The notes under the pieces: generated by a model
What the model was told of the DNA's origin: nothing
The model's database searches: none
Seen by the model: only the letters and a program-made list of their open reading frames with translations
Translations under genes and position numbers: made by a program
Part shown: positions 49,285 through 57,628 of the stretch, piece after piece
How the letters are laid out: each line of letters starts with the position of its first letter
Position numbering within the stretch: position 1 is the first letter of the stretch
Assembly (NCBI GenBank): GCA_037444405.1
Contig: JBBIML010000009.1
Location: 1-64,000, forward strand
Length of the DNA stretch: 64,000 bases
From: Armatimonadota bacterium
GTDB lineage: Bacteria; Armatimonadota; Fimbriimonadia; Fimbriimonadales; GBS-DC
Direction: 5' to 3'

Positions 49285-49321
49285 TTGTGGTTCCCCTACC
49301 GACAAGGTAGGGGAACCACAA
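49285..49321. terminator. Perfect 16-bp intercistronic hairpin
   Basis: TTGTGGTTCCCCTACC-GACAA-GGTAGGGGAACCACAA. Confidence 0.75.
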
Positions 49322-49324
49322 GTT

Positions 49325-49873
49325 CTAAGGGAACGAAGGCACACCTTGCCAATTACAAAGAATCTGACCCGGTGCACCTCCATTACAGGGTGGTATATCT
49401 GTGCGTCGACAGCAATCTCCCGGGCGCGGCACCCATCCATCACACCAGACATACTGAGTACCATCTGAACACGTCCATATGTACTTGTTGCGCGTGTGCT
49501 TGGTGTTTGCGTACTCAGTGCCATCTGAAGCCCTACAAAACATAGGCAAGCAACCCCACTTTGTAATGGGACCTTCTCGCACGCAGGTCGCATCGGGACA
49601 GGGAGGCTGTGGGAAGATTGGAATGGGTAAGGGAGATTGACCCGGGTTACCCAGTTGCCTGTTCCTACGTAGAATTGCCCTGATCTTCACAGGGTCAGGG
49701 CGGCTTAGAGTGTCACGACATTCGCATTCAGATTGAGACATGTTTGTCGAACCAGTCAACAATTTACCCCCCCCGCTCAGTTCGGCGAGGGCGGCGAGGG
49801 TGTTGGGCAGCGCCACGAGATTGGCAATCAACAACGCACCTGCGTTCATCCACAGCATCTTTCGTCGGCTCAT
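49325..49873 (-). CDS. Putative exported Cys-rich protein (12 Cys) with a leader ending ELSGGG
   Basis: AGGAGGG RBS; basic then hydrophobic N-terminus MSRRKMLWMNAGALLIANLVAL. Confidence 0.7.
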   Translation of the reverse strand: MSRRKMLWMNAGALLIANLVALPNTLAALAELSGGGKLLTGSTNMSQSECECRDTLSRPDPVKIRAILRRNRQLGNPGQSPLPIPIFPQPPCPDATCVREGPITKWGCLPMFCRASDGTEYANTKHTRNKYIWTCSDGTQYVWCDGWVPRPGDCCRRTDIPPCNGGAPGQILCNWQGVPSFP

Positions 49874-50450
49874 CGCTCTGTCCCTCCTGACTCGTCTGTG
49901 TGAGAGATGACACCTGGGCATCATCTCCACTATTATTAACACCGCAAACCCTCCAATCGTCGCATCCAGAACAACAGTTCCGACGAACTGTCTCCACACC
50001 ACGCTGAAAGCGCATCTTCGCCGCGCTCGCCGAAATGCCTAATTGCAAGGCAATCTCGTCCCAGCTATAACCCGCCTCCAGCAGGTCGTAAATCGCCTGC
50101 GCGGCGGCAGGCAGCTGCTGGTAGAGCCACTGCTCCTCCAGATGCGCTATCGCCTCGCCTTCAGGGTCTGAAAGGAACGCCGCCGGCTGTGCCCAGCGCG
50201 CCAGCGCCTCCTGCTCGCGTCGACGCGACCGCCATAAGTTCAGCACCTGCCGGCGCACGGTTAGATGGAGGATGTTGTCAGGCAGCCCATCGAGGAACGC
50301 CTCCAGCTCAGCTTCCGAAGCGTCAGGATGATGGCGCCGATAGGCTTTCAGCAGGCGAACCAGGCTCTCCTGCAGAATGTCTTCCGCATCGGACTGGCTC
50401 AGCTCGTAACGGCGAGTGATCCATCGTATCCACGGTTCCCACACTTTCAT
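49764..50450 (-). CDS. ECF-like RNA polymerase sigma factor
   Basis: Region 2 DAEDILQE...LNLWR; region 4 GYSWDEIALQLGISASAAKMRFQRG; tail overlaps the next gene. Confidence 0.8.
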   Translation of the reverse strand: MKVWEPWIRWITRRYELSQSDAEDILQESLVRLLKAYRRHHPDASEAELEAFLDGLPDNILHLTVRRQVLNLWRSRRREQEALARWAQPAAFLSDPEGEAIAHLEEQWLYQQLPAAAQAIYDLLEAGYSWDEIALQLGISASAAKMRFQRGVETVRRNCCSGCDDWRVCGVNNSGDDAQVSSLTQTSQEGQSDEPTKDAVDERRCVVDCQSRGAAQHPRRPRRTERGG

Positions 50451-50474
50451 CGTGACTCCCCCTTCGCTCTATTG

Positions 50475-50502
50475 ATTCGTGCGATTGGCAGGCGATTCCT
50501 GC
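50475..50502 (-). promoter_or_regulatory. Sigma-H-like promoter of the ECF gene
   Basis: GCAGGA-N17-CGAAT on the minus strand. Confidence 0.5.
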
Positions 50503-50573
50503 TTTATGTGCGCTTTTCGGGGAGGAAATGAGGTATTATAAGGCAGGTGAGTATCACCGCTGGAGGGATCACG

Positions 50574-52382
50574 ATGGCAACGGTTGGAGCGTTAGGATTG
50601 CTGGATCGGTTGCGCCCGTATCGGCGGCGCGTGCGCTGGGTGCTGATGTGGCGCTGGGGGGCAATCGGTGGCTTTGTCGGCACACTCATCGCAATTGCGC
50701 TCGACGCGCTCGACTGGCTCGCTGTATTGAGCGTTCAACCCGTTGGGCTGGTGGCGAGTATCCTCGCAGGGATTCTGCTGGGCTGCCTCTATGCGCTGCT
50801 GATCCCGCTGCCGGCGCCCGCGCTGGCACAACTGATTGACCGCCGCGGTGGGCTGAAAGACCGCCTGCAGACCGCCCTGGAGCACACCGACGGCGAGCAT
50901 CTGTTTGACCAGCCGCTGATGGAGGATGCCCTTAATGCCCTGCTGTATCGTCGCCCTGCGGAGCTGTTCCGTTTCCGATTGGGCATCTGGCACGGGCTGT
51001 TCGCGCTGGCGCTGGTCGCCCTGCTCGGTTTCCACTTCCTGCCCCAGATACTGATGGCAATCAGCTCCGAGCGGCGTGAGCAGCAGAAGCAGGTACAGCA
51101 GGCGGCGAAACAGATTGAGCAGGTCGCCAAACCCATCATGGAGCGCGCCAGAAAGCCCGATGCGACCGAGCTGGAGAAGCGCATCGCCCGCAATATTGAA
51201 CTCTACTCCCGTCGCGCCCGACAGGGACGCATGAGCAAGCAGGAGGCGCTCGTGCGCTACAACAAGCTGATGGAAGAAGCTCGCAAATTGGAGGCGCAGA
51301 GCCAGAAGCAGCTCCAGCAGGCTGCACAGGAAGCCGCCACCGCAGGCGAGAAGCTCCGCCAGATCATAGAGAAACAGAACCAGCAACTGCAGCCCCTGCT
51401 GCAGCAGTTGCAGACGGAACTGCAGGCGCTCCAGCAACAGCTGCAGACGGGCAAAGATTCGCAGGGCAACCCGCTCAGCGCGGCGCAGCGCGCCAGCCTA
51501 CAGGAGCAGATTCGCCAGCTGCAGGCGACCCTGCAAGCCCTGCGCAACCCCTCCACTGCCAGCCTGCAGAACCAGATGAGCGAGCTGCAACGCCAGATTA
51601 ACGAGCTCCAGCGCCAGCTGCAGTCTGGACGCGACTCAAAAGGCATCCCGCTCAGCAAAGAGGCGATGGAAGCCCTCAAAAAGCAACTGGAACGGCTCCA
51701 GCGGCAGCTGCGGGCGCTCCAGCTTTCCGAGCAGGCGCGCGAGTTCCTGCGCAAACTGATGAACGACCCCAACTTCATCGAGGCGATGCACCGCCTGCAG
51801 GAGCTGGCGAAAAAGTGCCAGCAGCTGAACCAGAACCAGAGCCAGCAACAGCGCCAGCTCACGCAGGCAGAGATCGAGCGCATGGCACGCGAGCTCGAGA
51901 AACGGCTCGAAGAGCTGGCGAAACGCTACAGCAGCGACGAACAGATTCGCGAGCTGGCGAAGCAGATACTGGAGCAGGTCAAACGCATGAAGGAGCTGAG
52001 CCAGTGTCAGGGCGCCTGCTCGGGGCTGGGGCTGGCAGGCATGTGCTTCGGGCTGGGGGCAATCCCGCGCCCAGGCGGCGCGTGGGACAAGCACGACTAC
52101 TTCGGTCAGCCCGAAATGTTCAATCAGGGCGCGAAGAACCCCGAGCTCAAAATCCCGATGAAGAACACGCCCGTGTCGGGTCAGCCGCCGATGTTGCCCG
52201 GTCCAGCGGACTATGAGGAGTACGAGGCGCCGCCGACGCCTGGCGACAGCAGCGTGCCGCTCACGCAGGTTCTGCCCAGCTACCAGAAGAAGGCGGAGCA
52301 GGCGCTGGATAAGCAGAACATCCCCCCTGCCGAGCGCAAACGGGTCAAACGCTACTTCGAATCGCTCAGCAGCGGGCAATGA
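50574..52382 (+). CDS. Membrane-anchored Gln-rich coiled-coil protein
   Basis: Three N-terminal TM segments, GLKDRLQTALE, long coiled coil, C-terminal IPPAERKRVKRYF. Confidence 0.75.
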   Translation: MATVGALGLLDRLRPYRRRVRWVLMWRWGAIGGFVGTLIAIALDALDWLAVLSVQPVGLVASILAGILLGCLYALLIPLPAPALAQLIDRRGGLKDRLQTALEHTDGEHLFDQPLMEDALNALLYRRPAELFRFRLGIWHGLFALALVALLGFHFLPQILMAISSERREQQKQVQQAAKQIEQVAKPIMERARKPDATELEKRIARNIELYSRRARQGRMSKQEALVRYNKLMEEARKLEAQSQKQLQQAAQEAATAGEKLRQIIEKQNQQLQPLLQQLQTELQALQQQLQTGKDSQGNPLSAAQRASLQEQIRQLQATLQALRNPSTASLQNQMSELQRQINELQRQLQSGRDSKGIPLSKEAMEALKKQLERLQRQLRALQLSEQAREFLRKLMNDPNFIEAMHRLQELAKKCQQLNQNQSQQQRQLTQAEIERMARELEKRLEELAKRYSSDEQIRELAKQILEQVKRMKELSQCQGACSGLGLAGMCFGLGAIPRPGGAWDKHDYFGQPEMFNQGAKNPELKIPMKNTPVSGQPPMLPGPADYEEYEAPPTPGDSSVPLTQVLPSYQKKAEQALDKQNIPPAERKRVKRYFESLSSGQ

Positions 52383-52536
52383 TGCGGCTGGACGGAACCA
52401 AATAAGGGGCGCGGTCACCACACCGTACACGCCCTTAGCCGGACACTCTCCGCTTCGTTCACGGAGGGGGCTACAGCGACAGTTTTCAGGGTGGGTTAAC
52501 AGCGCAGCCAGAATCACGCCTGCCGACTGTTTTTAA

Positions 52537-52562
52537 GCAGGAATCGCTGTCAGCACGGCGTA
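52537..52562 (+). promoter_or_regulatory. Sigma-H-like promoter
   Basis: GCAGGA-N16-CGTA. Confidence 0.55.
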
Positions 52563-52601
52563 TAGACAAGGCAGCGACTCTCTGAGCAGGAGGACACAGC
52601 G

Positions 52602-52700
52602 ATGGCACAGGTGACTTTGCAGATGCTGAAGGACTATCTGGAGCGGTTCGGCTGGAGCCGCTACAAGGCGGTGGATGAACCCTTTGAAAAGGAGGTGTGA
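52602..52700 (+). pseudogene. 32-aa mini-ORF, probably a truncated gene
   Basis: AGGAGG RBS; MAQVTLQMLKDYLERFGWSRYKAVDEPFEKEV*; its end overlaps the next gene's RBS. Confidence 0.55.
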
Positions 52701-52710
52701 GCCTTACCTG

Positions 52711-55391
52711 ATGATTGCAGGTTATGACGCCGAAGCGCAGATGGTGTGGCGTTGCGCGAAGGCGCGCGCTATCGAAGCGGGGCGCGCCCTTAGCCTGGAG
52801 GATCTCTGGTGGGGCTTATGGGCGGTTCTCGCCCCGCTTCAGCCCGACATCACCCTGCCTGAAAGCGTTCAGCAGGAGCTGGAGCGCCTGCGGGCGCTAA
52901 ACCCAGAGGCGCGCGTCGCCGTGGACGAAACGGTCGAGCAGTTCCACAAGCGCGTCCGGCAGCGCTGCCGTCAACAGTGGCGCGACGAGGCAACGCCGCA
53001 CGATATGCTCCAGGCGATTCTGGAGATGAATCACCCCAGCGTGCAGGCGCTGGTGCAGGCGTGGGGGATTGAGCTGCCCATGACGCAGGCGCCCCAGCCC
53101 CCGATCACGCTCCCACCCGAAGCACTGCGCGCCCTCCAGCCCTATACCATCAACCTGACCCAACTGGCAGCGGAGGGCAAGCTGACCCCCGCCTATGAGC
53201 GCGACGCGGAACGCGAGGCGCTCGTGCTGGGACTGCTCAGCCGTACCAAGCCGAATGTCGCGCTGGTCGGACCCGCCGGCGTCGGCAAGACGAAGCTGGT
53301 GGAAGACCTCGCGTTGCGGATTCATCGGGGCGAAATCCCGCCGCTACGGGGCTACACGGTTCTGCAGCTCAATCTGACCGCCCTGCGCGCGGGCGTGCAG
53401 TATCACGGCACGATGGAGGAGCGATTCGAAGCCCTGCGCCAGGTGCTGGAACGCTACAGCGACCGCATCATTCTGTTCATCGACGAGCTGCATACGATTG
53501 TGGGCACGCAGGTCAGCGGACACACGATGGATCTGGCGAACGCGCTCAAGCCGCTGCTTGCATCGGGCAAGGTGCGCTGTATCGGCGCCACCACGCGCCA
53601 GGAATATGTCCAGCACATCGAAGCCGACCGCGCGCTGGCGCGCCGCTTTCAGGTCGTCACCCTGCAGGAACCCTCCACAGAAACCATGCGCCGTATCCTG
53701 CGCGAGGCGCGCGCCGCCTATGAACAGCACCACGGCGTGCGCTACCCCGATGAGACGCTGGAGACCATCCTGGAGCTGTGCGAGCGCTTCATGCCGGGGC
53801 GCCACTATCCCGACAAAGCGATTGATCTGCTGGACGCTGCGGGCGCGCTGGTCGCGCTACAGGGCGCGGGTGAACCATCCCGCACGGTGCAACCGCAGGA
53901 TGTTTATCACGCGCTCGCCAAACGCCTGCAAATCCCGCTCGATACGCTGCAGCTGGAGATCTATCCGAATCTGGCGCAACATCTGGCGCAGGTGGTGCTG
54001 GGGCAGGAAGTCGCCCTCCAGCAGATTGAGGAGGTGATCCAGCAAAGCCTGTCGGCGCGCGAGCCTGCCGCTGGCGTGCGACTGGCGATGCTCTTTGTGG
54101 GACCGCCGAATGTGGGCAAGACACTCACGGGCGCACCCTCGCCCAGCTGCTGTGTCGCAACGAGAAAGCGTTCCTTGAGCTGGACCTGCGCACGCTAGTG
54201 CGGCGCTACGCGCTCAGCGCCGACGAGCTGGACACCCTTATCGGCGTCAAACCGCCCTACATTGGCTGGGAACGCGGCGGCATGTTGACCAACCATGTGA
54301 TCGAGTTCCCGCGCTGTGTCATCTACCTGCGCGGCATCGAGCAGACCACGCCTGCCGTGCAGGATCTGTTTCGCGCCATCCTCGAGAAAGGCTTCTGTGA
54401 AGACGGGCGCGGTCAGCAGGTCACCTTCCGCGAAGCCATTCTCATCTTCGCGCACGATATGGGCGTTGAGACGGAGCGTCGCATCGGGTTCGGACGCCAG
54501 CCCACCCAGCCCGCCGCCCTCTTCGATCCATCCCGCCTGATGCGTCAGCTGGAAGAGAGCGGCTTCCCTGAAGCCATTCTGGATTGCATCAGCGCGGTTG
54601 TGCCGTTCCAGCCGCTGGATTCGGCAACCCTGTACGCGATTGCGGCGCGCGCCCTCGAACAGCTCCAACGCCGATTCTACGAACAGGAGGGTAAAGCCCT
54701 GCAATATGAGCCTGCCCTGCTCGACTGGCTGCTCCAGTCCGATACCGACATTCAGCCGGAGGACATCCAGCGCCGCATCGAGCAGGTGCTGCGACCGCTG
54801 CTCCGTCGCGCTAAAATCCAGCTAGCTGAACAGTGGAACCAGATTGAGACGGTGCAGCTGCGTCTCAACCTCCATGAGCCAGAGGCGACGCCCCCGCGCC
54901 CCCGAATCCTCGTCTACGATGATCTGCCGGACTTCCATCAGGCGCTGCAAGAGCAGTTCCCCGACTTCGAGTGGTTCCATGCGAGCGATCTGGAGACCGC
55001 CGCCACGCTTTTACGGCAGCATCGCCCCCACCTCGTGCTGATCGACACCTGTCTGCAAGCGAGTGATCCTGCGGACACGGGCGGCATCCATGTGCTGCAG
55101 ACCCTCAGGCAGCGCCATCCCGAGCCGCTCTACATCCTTGTGACGGCGCAGGCGGTCGGCTTTGAGACCACCCGCGAAGCCTTTCGCGCAGGCGCGTACG
55201 ACTATCTTTACAAGCCCCCCAATGAATCGGTCCTGCGTCAGCTGGCGCAGACCCTGGTCGAACGCGAGCAACAGCAACGGAAGCTGGCGCTCCAGCAGTC
55301 GCTGCTCCAGCACTACCAGAACCTCACCGCCCAGGTGCAGTTCCAGCAGGGCGTTGCGCTTATCAGCCTCCAGCAATCCCAACCTGTGTGA
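52711..55391 (+). pseudogene. ClpA/B-type AAA+ ATPase fused to a C-terminal receiver domain, frameshifted near 54130
   Basis: GPAGVGKT, LFIDELH, IGATT, PDKAIDLLD; second Walker A GPPNVGKT continues in another frame as RTLAQLL...LIGVKPPYIG; REC-like VYDD...LIDT...VTA...YLYKP. Confidence 0.8.
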
Positions 55392-55457
55392 GATGGTTTG
55401 AGCAGGGGCGCGTTTTCCCTCCTGTACGCGTTCCGCAGGGGCTTTCGGGAACTCTGT

Positions 55458-56987
55458 TTATTGAGGCGTGGTGGGTGGAGGGGATGTGGGGGTGGAACCG
55501 CTCGCTTCAGGTGAGCGCACGGTGATGGTTACCTTCGCCTGTGCGGGACGACCGTCGGCGTCATAAGCCGTAAGCGTGTAGGTGGTGGTGGCGCTGGGTG
55601 TGACGATGAACTCGCCTGTGGTGGGCGACACCTCGCCGATGCCGTTATCGATGACCACGCGCCGCGCGTTCTGGACCTCCCAGCGCAATGTTGCGCTCTC
55701 ACCCGCGTTAATCGTGGCGGGCGTCGCCTCAAAACGCTCAATCTGCGCCTGCGAGGGGTCAACCACCTCCACGCGCACCGTCTTGCTCACCATCTTACCC
55801 GCGCTGTTGCGAGCAATCAGCTGGTAGTCCGTCGTACGCGAGGGGCGATGCTCAAAGCCGGGTGTGAGCGGGTCGAGCTTTTGACCGGGCGGGAACAGAA
55901 TGAGCTCGGTTGCGTTTTTGACCTCCCAGCGCAGGATCACCGATTCGCCGCGCTTGACCGTGGGCGGGTCGGCGAAGAACTTCGCGATGGCGGGTGGGGG
56001 CGGCTCGGGCGCGTTCTGCACAATCACCACCACCTCCGCCATGCGCTCCCCGTACCGATTGCGAGCAATGAGCCGATAAGTGGTCGTGGTGGTCGGTTTG
56101 ACCTCCACCGATTGCGTCTTGCTGGGATCGAACTCGCCCACTGCCGGCATGATGATGACCTGATCGGCGTTCCGCACACGCCAGCGCAGGCTGGTGGTCT
56201 CGCCGGCGGTGATGTGCGCGGGATCGGCGATGAACAGCTCGATTTCGACGGGGCGCGGGCGTGTGTACGCCCATACCATCAGCAACAGCGCGAGCATCAG
56301 CAGGAACACAACGGTGGTGGGGCTGATCAGGGCGCGGCGCTCCAGCTGACCCTGCACATGGGCGGAGCGCATCGGGTCTTCCGCGCTGCGCGCCGCAATC
56401 GTGAAACTGTAGAGAGTGGGGTTTGCCAGCAGGGGGAGCTGGCGCGGCTGAACGGTGAGCAGCACCCTGCGCGTCTCACCTGGCACCAGACGGAGCTGTT
56501 CCCGCTCCCACTCAAACGCCAGCGCGTCTTCAGGGTCGGACGCGAACAGGTTCACCGTCTGCTCCGTGTTGCCGAGGTTGCCGACGGTGACCTCATAGTC
56601 TGCCTGCTTGCGCAGGGGTGAAGCGGCGGCGCGTTTGGGTGCGACTTCGAGGGTCAGCATGCTGTAGGGGCGGATCACGAGGCTGGCTTGCGCCACACCG
56701 CTCTCGCCGTTCTCCAGCGACCGCGCCCGAATCACGATCGGATAGACACCCGCGCGGCTCTCCACACTGCGCGGCGGGTGAAACAGGATGCGCTCCTGCA
56801 CCTCTTCGCGGGGCGCCAGCGTGAACGACGGGATGGGGATGGCGCACCACTCCGCGTCGATGCCCTCCACTTCCAGCGCCACCTGGTCGGACTGGTCGCT
56901 CTCGTTGCGCACCGTCGCTATCAGCTGTGCCGACCCGCCCGGCTCCACCTGCACCTCGTCCTGCCCCAGCTGCACGCGAATCGCCAT
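55458..56987 (-). CDS. Bitopic protein with Ig-like/PKD-like repeats
   Basis: Two N-terminal beta-rich modules, one TM segment, then three FxAxPxxIxxGExxxLRWxVxNA repeats and a Pro/Thr tail. Confidence 0.75.
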   Translation of the reverse strand: MAIRVQLGQDEVQVEPGGSAQLIATVRNESDQSDQVALEVEGIDAEWCAIPIPSFTLAPREEVQERILFHPPRSVESRAGVYPIVIRARSLENGESGVAQASLVIRPYSMLTLEVAPKRAAASPLRKQADYEVTVGNLGNTEQTVNLFASDPEDALAFEWEREQLRLVPGETRRVLLTVQPRQLPLLANPTLYSFTIAARSAEDPMRSAHVQGQLERRALISPTTVVFLLMLALLLMVWAYTRPRPVEIELFIADPAHITAGETTSLRWRVRNADQVIIMPAVGEFDPSKTQSVEVKPTTTTTYRLIARNRYGERMAEVVVIVQNAPEPPPPAIAKFFADPPTVKRGESVILRWEVKNATELILFPPGQKLDPLTPGFEHRPSRTTDYQLIARNSAGKMVSKTVRVEVVDPSQAQIERFEATPATINAGESATLRWEVQNARRVVIDNGIGEVSPTTGEFIVTPSATTTYTLTAYDADGRPAQAKVTITVRSPEASGSTPTSPPPTTPQ

Positions 56988-57104
56988 AAAACCGTGTGCA
57001 TTATACCCGCCCGTCGGGTATCCTTTTCGAAAACGCCATGCGGTGGGCTATCTCGCGAAGGTGCGGCACGGTCAGCGCGTCCTTACTTCAGGAGGGCGAG
57101 CGCG

Positions 57105-57575
57105 ATGGAAGGCGAGCTTCTCGTGCAGGCGAAGCGGCAGGCGCTGCGCTGGATCCGCGCGCGGGACCACTCGCGCCAGGAGATGGAGCAGCGGCTGCGG
57201 GCGAAAGGCTTCCCGGAGCCGATCGTGCAGCAGACACTCGAATGGCTGCTGCAGGAGCGATGGCTCTGTGATGAGCGGGTTGCCCAGCGGTTAGCGGAGC
57301 GGCTGGAAGAGACAGAGCCATCGGGACGGCAACGGATTGAACGCGAATTTGCGCGGCGCGGGCTGGAACCGCCCGCAACGCTTGCCAGCGACGAAGAGAG
57401 CCGCGCGGTGCGGGCGCTCCAGCAACGGTTCGGCGAGCCGACCCCACCGCCCGACATGCGCACAGTCGCCCGCTGGTTCCGATTCCTCATCCAGCGCGGA
57501 TTCGAACCAGAGGTCGCCGAGCACGCCCTCCACCAGTGGAACCCTTTTCTGGACGATGTGCGTATCGATGAGTAA
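57105..57575 (+). CDS. recX: RecX regulatory protein
   Basis: ALRWIRARDHSRQEM...WLCDERVA...FLIQRGF; sits upstream of rny. Confidence 0.8.
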   Translation: MEGELLVQAKRQALRWIRARDHSRQEMEQRLRAKGFPEPIVQQTLEWLLQERWLCDERVAQRLAERLEETEPSGRQRIEREFARRGLEPPATLASDEESRAVRALQQRFGEPTPPPDMRTVARWFRFLIQRGFEPEVAEHALHQWNPFLDDVRIDE

Positions 57576-57628
57576 AGCCTATCCGATCCGTTGCACGGGT
57601 CGGACGACGCTAACAGGAGGCGAATCCG

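Noticed and set aside
49325..49873. Classical RiPP cluster
   Set aside because: No modifying enzyme or C39 peptidase transporter nearby, and the cargo is about 145 aa; only the GG-ending leader is suggestive
52385..52535. Possible ncRNA with two weak hairpins
   Set aside because: No recognisable family; could simply be terminator structure
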